From assembly GCA_963790205.1 (NCBI GenBank), contig CAWBNQ010000014.1, forward strand, positions 192,001 to 256,000: a stretch of 64,000 nucleotides of DNA. The letters are read 5' to 3'. A program made the position numbers and the translations under genes. Of the stretch, positions 1 through 9,429 are shown in pieces; position 1 is the stretch's first letter, and every line of letters starts with the position of its first letter. Origin of the DNA: Nitrospirota bacterium. GTDB lineage: Bacteria; Nitrospirota; UBA9217. The notes under the pieces are model-generated. The model did not search any database, was not told the origin of the DNA, and saw only the letters and a list, made by a program, of their open reading frames with translations.

Positions 1-320
<320 letters not shown>

Positions 321-506
321 TCATTGCAATATGATTATAATTTTTTGAGCTTGATTTTTCTCTCCGCCGCCCCGGACAACTCATGCGCTAACCGAGCGAT
401 CTACCGACGCTAACAAGCTGCCTTATTGCGGTCGGTCTCGGCTGATTATAAATCACTGATGCAATTTCAACGAAAGCCTCCCGGAGCGCCACACACACAT
501 GACAAA

Positions 507-544
507 CTGATATTTCAAGACCTGATATTTCAAGACCTGGCCCC
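507..544. repeat. CAAGAC-nnGnCCC repeat element with a 15-bp tandem duplication
   Basis: ctgatatttcaagac x2 followed by ctggcccc; related copy at about 1409-1434. Confidence 0.6.
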
Positions 545-692
545 AGGAGGTCCCAAAGACCTTAATGAGACCTAACTTCTCTAGCTCCGACAACGAGCGC
601 CGCCCGCTCAATTCCACCGAGCCTTCAAGCTGCCGGAGCGCTTTTTGATAGTGATCGAACCGTTGTTGCCAGCGAATATCCAGGGTGCTCAT
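545..692 (-). pseudogene. Truncated nucleotidyltransferase substrate-binding (HEPN, HI0074-like) gene
   Basis: MSTLDIRWQQRFDHYQKALRQL...LSELEKLGLIKVF; similarity stops abruptly at the repeat element. Confidence 0.8.
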
Positions 693-768
693 CGTTCTTT
701 CTTTGCGAAATCCTAAACAGTGCGACGCAACAGGCGCATCAACGTCCCGGAGTCGCGTGAGGGTGAGG

Positions 769-1077
769 TTAAAGAACATCCCAAGGCTTGGGCTCCAACC
801 GACCCAGGTCTCGGCCTCCGTGGAAAACTGTAAGTATCAGAATGCGGTCCGGCTCGGCAAGGTAGATGATACGATAGTTCTGGAAGAGCAATTCACGGAT
901 GGCGTCGTCTTCAGCTTCGGGAACGGCCCGCCCGATGCGGGGATGGTTCGGCAGGGTTTCGGCAGCCTCGATGATCCGTGAGATAAATCGTGCTGCGTAA
1001 GTGACAGAGTCCTTCGCAATATAGTCTCTGATGCTCTCCAGGTCGAGAACGGCGGGCTCGGTCCATTCGAGCTTCAT
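769..1077 (-). CDS. RelE/ParE family toxin
   Basis: MKLEWTEPAVLDLESIRDYIA...PRIGRAVPE...IRELLFQNYRIIY...ILTVFHGGRD. Confidence 0.92.
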   Translation of the reverse strand: MKLEWTEPAVLDLESIRDYIAKDSVTYAARFISRIIEAAETLPNHPRIGRAVPEAEDDAIRELLFQNYRIIYLAEPDRILILTVFHGGRDLGRLEPKPWDVL

Positions 1078-1253
1078 TTGGAAAGCAGCCTTTTTTTTGC
1101 TTCCTCATGGGAAACAACACGGCCCTCGTCGGCAGCCTTCAAACCGGCGGCGATCTTTTTCTTCACGTACAACTCATACATGATGTCGTCCCAGGTGGCC
1201 GTGTCAGGCAGCTTCTCGATCAGCTTTTTCGCTTCGTCCTTCACAAGGTTCAT
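1074..1253 (-). CDS. Antitoxin cognate to the RelE/ParE toxin (59 aa)
   Basis: MNLVKDEAKKLIEKLPDTATWDDIMYELYV...GRVVSHEEAKKRL; ATGA overlap with the toxin. Confidence 0.85.
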   Translation of the reverse strand: MNLVKDEAKKLIEKLPDTATWDDIMYELYVKKKIAAGLKAADEGRVVSHEEAKKRLLSK

Positions 1254-1390
1254 GGTTTCATCTCCCGTCTTTGTCCCTTGGCGTCTTACTACGTCTGACG
1301 CTGTATATATTATATCATTTCGACGCAGCCTGAACAATATTGTTTTTCTGAAACCTACACAGCACCATACACCGGCTGATCGATCTGCGG

Positions 1391-1687
1391 TCAACGGCAT
1401 TGGCTTGAAATGCAACATTCAAGACGCGACCCTATGGATTTTCTATGGATTTTGCCACCTTCTGACCGTCTGCCCCTGTGTGAAGCCTGCCATCTTCGCT
1501 GTAATCTGCGGTCCAATGCACGGGTGATCCTGTCCCAGTCTATGCCGCCGACTTCCGTTCTGACGTTCTTCTGAATAAACCGATACACGTGCGGAGCATG
1601 CAGCCGTATCCAGGGACTGCAAAACGTATGAGGCTGTATAGTTCTGAGAAGTTTGTTGATTGCCTTAACAGCGGAAACAAAATCCAA
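1391..1687 (-). pseudogene. Probable 3'-truncated hypothetical protein
   Basis: Protein-like N-terminus (APHVYRFIQKNVRTEVGGIDWDRIT) that degenerates at the repeat copy near 1409-1434. Confidence 0.45.
1409..1434. repeat. Second CAAGAC-nnGnCCC repeat copy
   Basis: aatgcaacattcaagacgcgacccta, same orientation as 507-544. Confidence 0.5.
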
Positions 1688-1803
1688 GGAATCAGCAAGA
1701 AGTCCGGTGCTGGAGGGCGGTCTTTTCGTGGATCAATCCTGTCTGATAATAAATCCTCGATGCAATTTCAACAACAATATCTCCCGGCAGTCCCAAAGCC
1801 ATA

Positions 1804-2592
1804 TCATGGCTTATTCGGCTTATAGCGATTTTCTATGTCACTAGATAATTGTTTTAGCCGACTGTGTTTAGTGTCGATCACAAATATTTTTTCCAGCACA
1901 TATTCAATTATTTCATAAGCTGTTATTAGATCATTCTTATCCAACTCTGTCGCATGCGAAGCTTCATTTCCTAGCCACTTTATGGCTAACAGCATTTCTC
2001 CAAGATCATTATTCATCTTTCGAAACTCCTGAATCCGTGAATGCAAGTTGTTGCTCTTTTGAACTTGTTGATTGTCGAGAAGTATTTCAATGCAAGTTCT
2101 TAATTTATTGCCTGCAGAGCTAGAGTCAGCAAAAAATACCGAGAACGATTTTGCCAATTCGCGTTTAATATCTTTCGGGTATTCTTTCTCCAAAGGGAAT
2201 ATCGGCAAAGGTGGAGAAAAAAATTCAGGAATCATAAATACGCTTTCTTTATTTAAAGATTGATTTTGACTGCGTAGGATTTCAGCTCGACCACAAACGC
2301 TGACAACTTCGCTGCAAGCTTCACATCGAAGGAAAGCATTAAAACGAGCTTGCTTAACCAGCTGTTGAATAAAGGCTTTCCCTAAATCCACTAATATGCC
2401 GAGAAGAATGCCATTTTCAAAATCTTCCTTTTGAAATTCATCACGGCTATACTGTTTATTCACAGGGCGAAGGCACAAGCTTTGCTGTTCCAAAACAAGT
2501 TTGCCATCAGCACAATTCGGACACGGCCATTCCGGAACGTGCTCTGGCGAAATAGATGCTATCGATTTTTTCCACAGCTCTTTATCAATCAT
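1804..2592 (-). CDS. DUF4145 (HEPN-like) domain protein with Zn-ribbon motifs
   Basis: CPNC and CEAC pairs; C-terminal LHSRI...IKWLGNEASH; AT-rich. Confidence 0.8.
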   Translation of the reverse strand: MIDKELWKKSIASISPEHVPEWPCPNCADGKLVLEQQSLCLRPVNKQYSRDEFQKEDFENGILLGILVDLGKAFIQQLVKQARFNAFLRCEACSEVVSVCGRAEILRSQNQSLNKESVFMIPEFFSPPLPIFPLEKEYPKDIKRELAKSFSVFFADSSSAGNKLRTCIEILLDNQQVQKSNNLHSRIQEFRKMNNDLGEMLLAIKWLGNEASHATELDKNDLITAYEIIEYVLEKIFVIDTKHSRLKQLSSDIENRYKPNKP

Positions 2593-2713
2593 AGTAAAAT
2601 GAAGTAATCCACATTAGGGGCGCAAGTGTCATAAACGTTTTTCAAGCCATGAGCGCACGCATTCCCCATGTTTGCTTTGTCAAGTTTTGCTCTGCTCAAA
2701 CCGACTGACTTCC

Positions 2714-3985
2714 TCACTCAACTGGCACTTCATTTATTGAAATGAGAAGATTTCCCTGTTTTATCTCAGGGTAATTGTTTATGTGCATTTCATAGCCCAT
2801 TTCAAACGTCCTCATTTTGTCTTCGCTTCGGAATCTGATAAAAAATGATTTCGGCTGCCATTCTTTACCATGTTTCAAACTATTGCGCCAATATTTGACG
2901 GTGTTTTCTCGAATATCTACAATCGGTCCGCTATCAGTACCTGCCAGATTTGCAGGCATCCCAGAAACGAGGTAAGAAGAAAGCAAGTTGTTTTGCTGAT
3001 CGGCATATACGCTTTCAGAAAAAGTCTCGAAATTCGGCCTTTGTGGTTCCATTGGTAATGGGGGCAATTTTTTCATTGGGATGATATGACGTGGTAGCAT
3101 TAATGTAACTTCGACATCTTCGGCGGGTACAGTACCAGTGTTGACAAAAACAGGGCTTATTTCCATTGACAAATCATGAGTCTCCTGGGATTTTCTTAAG
3201 ACCTTGAGATATTCGCGATATTTGGACGGATAATCTTCAATAGCTTTATTATACTTGTCTATAGTGTTATTCATAAATTGTACAGCGGCGATCACAATCG
3301 GTTTCTCTGGTCTCACGATCTTCAGTTCTCTGGGAAGTCTAGAGATTATCTCCTCAATATATTCATCTGTATATTTTTTGCTTTTAAATTTTAAACTTCC
3401 AAATGATATACGCAAATTGTCAGTTAGATCATTCCCTGACGATAAAAGTATCTGAACATCTGGCATCTTCGTCTGCAATTTTTTTATAGTTTCGTCCTGT
3501 TGAACAATTTTTTTATCACGAGGGTCCTTAATTTCTTTTTTCCACTCCTTCGGTGGTGCCACTACTTTAAGGCAATTGGCTTTCGCTTTTAATTTCATGC
3601 CCAAATCAGCAGTAACCAGACAAATATCATCTTGAGCCTTTAATTTCTTTAATGCCAGGATTTCTGTGATAATGATATTGTCCTGATTTTTTTCTTTCAG
3701 CAGATTCTGGGAAATTTCATCTAAATGGAGTGTTGTGGGAAACTCAACGTTGAATTTAGCTGGAGTAGACAGACCATCGCTGATTTCATCTAGCCTAGCA
3801 ATAACTTCCTGCGCTCTTTTCCGTATTCGCGTATCCTGTGCATCATATTTTTTTTCATCGAGTTCTTTAAGGATTGATGGGGGTACAATCAGGGTTAAGT
3901 TGCTGTCGCCCAATAAAGTCGCCCAGTCTCTATCAACAAAAGAATGGTAATGGAGATACATATTTGTGTCCAGTACAAATTTCAA
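2714..3985 (-). CDS. PIN-domain protein with coiled-coil and C-terminal beta-rich domain
   Basis: VLDTN, ELD, NQD and VTAD acidic PIN motifs; TTG start; AT-rich. Confidence 0.85.
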   Translation of the reverse strand: MKFVLDTNMYLHYHSFVDRDWATLLGDSNLTLIVPPSILKELDEKKYDAQDTRIRKRAQEVIARLDEISDGLSTPAKFNVEFPTTLHLDEISQNLLKEKNQDNIIITEILALKKLKAQDDICLVTADLGMKLKAKANCLKVVAPPKEWKKEIKDPRDKKIVQQDETIKKLQTKMPDVQILLSSGNDLTDNLRISFGSLKFKSKKYTDEYIEEIISRLPRELKIVRPEKPIVIAAVQFMNNTIDKYNKAIEDYPSKYREYLKVLRKSQETHDLSMEISPVFVNTGTVPAEDVEVTLMLPRHIIPMKKLPPLPMEPQRPNFETFSESVYADQQNNLLSSYLVSGMPANLAGTDSGPIVDIRENTVKYWRNSLKHGKEWQPKSFFIRFRSEDKMRTFEMGYEMHINNYPEIKQGNLLISINEVPVE

Positions 3986-4048
3986 TCAGCTACTCCTATT
4001 GATGCTTATTTCCTTTGCCTGTAATTACCACAATATGACCGCTGCTAT

Positions 4049-4491
4049 TCATTTTACCTGCTCAACAAGTCGCCTCTCGTCATCCGTCAGTCCATACAGT
4101 TCATACACCAACTGATCTATCTGCTGGTCAACGGCGTCGATCTTGCGTTGAAGAGCAGTTTTTTCGTGATCTGTTTTCACCTCGGGTAGTTGTGCATTGA
4201 GCAAAAGCATTTGCTCAACAAGTGACACATTTTGTCATGCAAGGCTTTTTCGTGCGAGTCGGACACCGGGGCCTTGGTAGCGCCGCCGATCTTGAGGGCG
4301 TCCTCGTGGATCACTTCCCGGTATGCTTCGGCGTAGCCGGCTTTGTTGGCCATGTCCCAGCCAAGAGCCCCGAAGAACGGGTTCAGAAAATCCTGACGAA
4401 GCTGTGCCTCGTTGTATTGCCCGGACTTGTAGGTTTCAAGGTTCCGGTCGAAGCGTTCGATCAGATCAGCGATTTCTTTCGGCAGTCCCAT
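4049..4491 (-). pseudogene. Internally deleted type IIG restriction-modification gene (N- and C-termini only)
   Basis: N-terminus YNEAQLRQDFLNPFFGALGWD...KIGGATKAP joins directly to a C-terminal HEKALHDKM/VSLVEQM...IDQLVYELYGLTDDERRLVEQVK (frameshift near 4227). Confidence 0.82.
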
Positions 4492-4677
4492 CAGCACCCC
4501 GCGCATTTGTCACTGGAGAAACGGACTGCTCAAGAGTAGCATAACCCGGCTTAGAAATAAACGGAAAACTGAAAAATGAGAGGATGAAGCGTTGGTCTAA
4601 AGTTACGAGAGTTGGCGTTGGCAGGTAAAAAAATCCCGCCTATTCTAATCCATAGGCAGGCAAGTCTTCAAAATATC

Positions 4678-4845
4678 TCACGCCCGGTTGCAGGGGCGGC
4701 GGGAGATCTTCTCCCAGGTCTCGTCGTCGATCTGGTCAGCGTACTCCTTGATCGAAAATTCCTTGCCGCACACCGTGCAGCGAAAGGTCACGTTGCGTCA
4801 ACCGATGCGGAGCTCGACTTCCTTCTTGCAAAACTTGCACTTCAT
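4678..4845 (-). CDS. Dual CXXC motif small (seleno)protein, 55 aa, in-frame TGA at codon 16
   Basis: MKCKFCKKEVELRIG-U-RNVTFRCTVCGKEFSIKEYADQIDDETWEKISRRPCNRA; TGA at 4798-4800 followed by a SECIS-like hairpin. Confidence 0.8.
4761..4787 (-). promoter_or_regulatory. Candidate bacterial SECIS hairpin
   Basis: CCTT-TC-GCTGCAC-GGT-GTGCGGC-AAGG, starting 11 nt after the TGA, with G in the apical loop. Confidence 0.6.
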
Positions 4846-4862
4846 TCCACTATCCTAATCTT

Positions 4863-4973
4863 GGCCACGGATGGACACGGATGAACACGGATGGTACGCG
4901 TGCCGCCTATGAATGACACTGGATTCCTGCTTTCGCAGGAATGACGACTTTTATTCCGCATTCCGCAATCGAA
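4863..4973. repeat. Cluster of short REP-like elements
   Basis: ccacggatggacacggatgaacacggat; ctggattcctgctttcgcaggaatgac hairpin; attccgcattccgcaat. Confidence 0.6.
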
Positions 4974-6745
4974 TTACTCCACGATGTCCAGCTTGATCGA
5001 CAGCTCCCGGAGCTGGGCGGGAGTGACCCTGGACGGGGCCTCGGTCATGACGCAGATGGCCTTCTGTGTCTTCGGGAAAGCGATCACGTCGCGGATGGAC
5101 GTGGCCCCGGTGAGGAGAGCGGTAAGCCGGTCGAGACCGAAGGCAAGGCCCCCATGGGGCGGCGCGCCGAACTCGAGTGCCTCAAGCAGGAACCCGAACT
5201 TTTTCCGGGCGTCCTCTTCGGATATATTCAGCAGGCCGAACATCTTGGACTGGACCTCGGAGCGGTGGATGCGGATGCTGCCTCCGCCGATCTCCGAGCC
5301 GTTCAGAACGATATCGTAGGCCTTCGCCCTGACCTTGAGGGGCTCCGTTTCCATGAACTGCAGGTCCTCGTCCTTCGGCGCAGTAAAAGGATGGTGCATG
5401 GCGTCGTACCGTTTCTCTTCCGGGCTCCACTCCACGAGCGGAAAGTCCGTGACCCAGAGGAAGTTGAATTTGCTCTCGTCGATGAGGTTCAGCCGCTTGC
5501 CCATGAGGAGCCGCAGATAGCCCAGCGTCTCGGCCACGACCTTCCGGCCGTCGGCAATGAACATCATGAGGTCGCCGGGCTTTGCCCCAAGCCGCTCCGC
5601 AATGGCTTTGACCTGGCCGTCCTTGAAGAACTTTGCGATCGGCGACTCGAAGCCCGCGTCGGTCACCTTGATCCAGGCCAGTCCCTTCGCCCCAAAGACC
5701 TTTGCCTCGTTCGTGAGGTCGTCAACCTCTTTTCGCGATAGACCCGCCATGCCCGGCGCGGCGAAACCTTTGACCTGGCCGCCCAGTTCCACGGCCTGGA
5801 GAAATACTTTAAAGTCGGACGCCTTCGCAATCTCGGAAATGTCCTTCAGTTCGAGTCCGAAGCGCGTGTCGGGCTTGTCCGAGCCATAGCGGTCCATGGC
5901 GTCGCGGTAGGTCAGGCGCGGGAAAGGTCGGATGAGCTCTACGCCCTTGACCGCTTTGAAAACCTCGGACAAGAGCTCCTCCATGAGCGACATAACGTCA
6001 TCTTCCTCGACAAAGGACATCTCGAGGTCGATCTGGGTGAATTCGGGCTGCCGGTCGGCGCGCAGGTCTTCGTCGCGGAAACACTTCACGATCTGGTAAT
6101 AGCGCTCGAACCCCGCCACCATCAGGATCTGCTTGAAGAGCTGAGGCGACTGCGGGAGCGCGTAGAACATGCCGGGGTTCACCCTGCTCGGCACCAGATA
6201 GTCGCGGGCGCCCTCTGGCGTGCTTTTCGTCAAGAACGGGGTTTCGATATCAACGAACCCGTGGTTGTCGAGGAAACGCCGCACGGTCCGGGTTATCTGG
6301 TGGCGCGTGATCAGCACCTTCTGGAGGCTCGGCCGCCGGAGGTCGAGATAGCGGTACTTGAGCCTGAGGGATTCGGCGACATCGGTCTCGTCCTCGATCA
6401 TGAACGGCGGGGTCTTGGACTCGTTCAGGATCAGAGGCGGCTCACCAGGACCTCGATCTCTCCCGTTTTCAGCTTGGCGTTCACGGTATTGCCCGGCCGC
6501 GGAGCAACGCTGCCGGTAACGGCGATCACGAACTCGCTCCTGATGTCGCCTGCCAGCGAGTGCGCGTCAGCGGATGTTTCGGGATTAAAAACCACCTGCG
6601 TGATGCCGCCGCGGTCCCGAAGGTCGATGAAGATCAGCCCTCCGTGGTCCCTTCTGGTGTGCACCCAGCCCATCAGGGTCACGGTCGCGCCCACGTTTTT
6701 TTTCGTCAAGTCCCCGCAGGTATGCGTCTTTTTCGTTGAGCTCAC
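4974..6745 (-). CDS. aspS: Aspartate--tRNA ligase (probably non-discriminating), 1-nt frameshift near 6432
   Basis: [45 protein letters not shown]; the two ORFs join by restoring one base. Confidence 0.95.
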
Positions 6746-7042
6746 CGGTTCGACAGCCTTTCTTGGTATGATGCAAAACAGGCAGGATAATAGCATCTCA
6801 TCCGCCATAAAGTCAAGCATAGGTTATGAAGCAAGCCAAGACAACGGCGCACTCACACGAAGACACGAAGAAAGACAAAACCGGGTTTCCTTTGTGGCTT
6901 CGTGTGAAAATTGGTTTTGTTTGACTCAAAATTCAAGATCCAGGATTGTAAATACTTTAGGGGCGGCGGGAAAAAATAAGGCGGTGAGAATTCACCGCCT
7001 TTGTTGTTATGCATGGTGACTGCTGAAAGACAGACCTTTTAG

Positions 7043-7225
7043 TTAGATGGCCTTCTCTTTCCAGCATTTATCGCACAACCACATCATGCCGCGCACCTTG
7101 CCGGTCGTGGTCATCATTTTTGCCGCCTGCATGGGCTTACCGCAGCACTGGGGATTGAGGCTGACAATTGCCTTCTTGGTGGCCGCTTTGGCCGTTTTGC
7201 TCATTGTTTTGCTTACTTCTGCCAT
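7043..7225 (-). CDS. Small basic Cys-containing (Zn-ribbon-like) hypothetical protein
   Basis: RBS ggaggtg; CCGKPM...CDKC; Lys/Ala-rich N-terminus; hairpin downstream at about 6978-7001. Confidence 0.7.
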   Translation of the reverse strand: MAEVSKTMSKTAKAATKKAIVSLNPQCCGKPMQAAKMMTTTGKVRGMMWLCDKCWKEKAI

Positions 7226-7501
7226 GAAACTTCACCTCCATCTCAAATTCAAACAAACCGGTGCATTCTAACCATATCGGGGAAAATGTCAAGCAAAAAT
7301 TTTTGAAAGCGTGTCCCCATGCGCGCGCCGGCAAGGCATTCTGGGGCATTTTCAAGTGAGGCATTGCGAGAGACAATAAAAAAATATTGATAATCATAAC
7401 GTTTATAATAAGCGAATCTAAAAATAGCAAAAGTTTTTCTTGACTATATTTATTCGGCTTTGGTATTATGTCAGATACCATTAAGGGGGAATGCGGCGTT
7501 C

Positions 7502-8255
7502 ATGGATCTTTCGCACGGGTTAACATTGTATTTACTGCTGTACTCGCTTGCCATGGGTGTCATATCATTCGCCTCTCCCTGCATCTTGCCCCTCATCCCT
7601 TCCTATGTCTCCTACATCACGGGAATCAGCTACGACGAGTTGGTGGGCCGCGAGTCCCGCAGAAAGAACATGAACACGACCCTGCTCCACTCCCTGGCCT
7701 TTGTGACCGGATTCTCGATCATCTTCGTGCTCCTGGGGGCCACGGCGAGCCTGGCGGGCAACGTCCTGTCGCAGCACCTGGACGCCATCCGGATCACGGG
7801 CGGCGTGCTCATCATTGTCATGGGGATATTCGTGATGGACGTGGTGAACATCCCCTTCCTCCAGCGGGAGGCGAAACTCCACCTCAAGACGCGGCCGGCC
7901 GGCTACGCGGGCACGGTGGTGGTGGGGATGATCTTCGGCGCGGGCTGGACCCCCTGCACCGGACCGTTCCTCGGCTCGGTGCTGGCGCTGGCAATGACGG
8001 CGAAAACCCTGGACCGGGGCATGGCGCTGCTGGCGTTCTACTCACTCGGCCTCGGCGTGCCCTTCATCCTCTCGGCCATCGCCATCAGCGCGTTCCTCTC
8101 CTCCTTCGACAGGTTGAGAAAGCATTTCAAGGCCATAAAGATTACAAGCGGCGTCATATCTGATCGCCATGGGAATACTCCTGGTGACGGACAGCATGAC
8201 GCTGTTGACTTCATACATACTCATTACATGGGAGAATGTGAAAAAATTATGGTAG
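7502..8255 (+). CDS. ccdA: Cytochrome c biogenesis protein CcdA (frameshift near 8160)
   Basis: SFASPCILPLIPSY and GWTPCTGPFLG; the C-terminal TM helix LIAMGILLVT lies in the shifted frame. Confidence 0.9.
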
Positions 8256-8668
8256 CTGACAGCCTCGATGTATTAAATGACAAAGATGCGGCCCTCTACA
8301 CGATGGGGGTGGCGGCAAAGCTGGTGGGGACGACGGCCCAGACGCTGCGGCTCTACGAGAAGCACGGTCTGATCCTGCCGACGCGCGAGCGCAGGAACAG
8401 GCTCTACACGGAGAACGACATCAAGTGGCTGCGTTGTATCCGCGAGCTGATCCACTCCAAAAAGATCAGTATCGAAGGCATCAAGAAGCTTCTCGACTAC
8501 GCGCCCTGCTGGGAGATCAAGGATTGTCCGGACGAGCGGCGCATGGCGTGCACGGCCTTCGCCGACAAGAGCAAGCCCTGCTGGGAGACCACCCGGTGCC
8601 GCAAGGAGAATGACTGCTCGACCTGCGTGGTCTTTTTAAGGAACGGGAAAAAGGCGGCGAAGAAATAA
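8249..8668 (+). CDS. MerR/HspR-like regulator with Cys-rich C-terminal domain
   Basis: YTMGVAAKLVGTTAQTLRLYEKHGLI HTH; CWEIKDC...C...CWE...C...CSTC. Confidence 0.88.
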   Translation: MVADSLDVLNDKDAALYTMGVAAKLVGTTAQTLRLYEKHGLILPTRERRNRLYTENDIKWLRCIRELIHSKKISIEGIKKLLDYAPCWEIKDCPDERRMACTAFADKSKPCWETTRCRKENDCSTCVVFLRNGKKAAKK

Positions 8669-8759
8669 ACGATAGACGAAGGACGACCGCTCACTTTGTT
8701 CGTTCGGACGATGGACGCAGTTTTTAAATCGTCCCTCTTCCATCGTCCCTCAGCATTTC

Positions 8760-9429
8760 CTATGGATGTTCCTCCACCCACACTTCCCCATCGGGCGTCG
8801 TTTCCTTCTTCCAGATGGGCGCAACCCGCTTCAACTCATCGATACAAAACCGGCAGGCCCTGAACGCCTCGTCGCGGTGCACGGCGGCAACGGCGATCAG
8901 CACGATGTTCTCTCCCACCGGAAGCGTTCCCACCCGGTGAATGATCGTCACGTCGATCACCCCGTATTCCCTGATCGCCCGTTCCCTGATCCCTGAAAGT
9001 TTCTTCTCAGCCATGCCGGGATAGTGCTCGAACTCCAGCTTCGACACCGTCTTGCCGCGCGAGAGGTCCCGCGTGGTGCCGAGAAAGGTCACGATCCCCC
9101 CGATCGCGGATGAGGACTCCTTCAATCGGCTCGATTTCCTGATCGAGGGAGAACGGCTCGTTCTGGACACGGACGCGGCCGCCGGCCCCTCCGGAGAAGG
9201 GAGGCATGAGCGCAACCTCGTCCCCGTCTTTGACCCGTGCGTCCAGCTTCACGAGCTCCTGGTTCACCGACACAACGATCCTCCCGGATGCAAGCACGTC
9301 CGACAGGGCCGGGTATTCCTGCGCCACCTCCCTGAGCAGGTCCGCCACCGTGCCGTTCGCAGCGTTCATCTTCAATTCGTCCCGGCCGACGCGGTCCTTC
9401 ATGATGGCGAAAAGTTTTACGATAATCAT
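8760..9429 (-). CDS. moaDE: MoaD-MoaE fusion molybdopterin synthase (frameshift near 9130)
   Basis: VKLFA...DGDEVALMPPFSGG then GGIVTFLGTTRD...VHRDEAF...PIWKKE; no stop after the GG. Confidence 0.88.

Noticed and set aside
361..2700. Integron cassette array explanation for the small co-oriented genes
   Set aside because: No convincing paired RYYYAAC/GTTRRRY attC structures between the genes
7460..8668. Apparent 402-aa CcdA-MerR fusion in the ORF track
   Set aside because: The true CcdA C-terminal helix lies in another frame ending at 8255; the fusion is created by an indel near 8160
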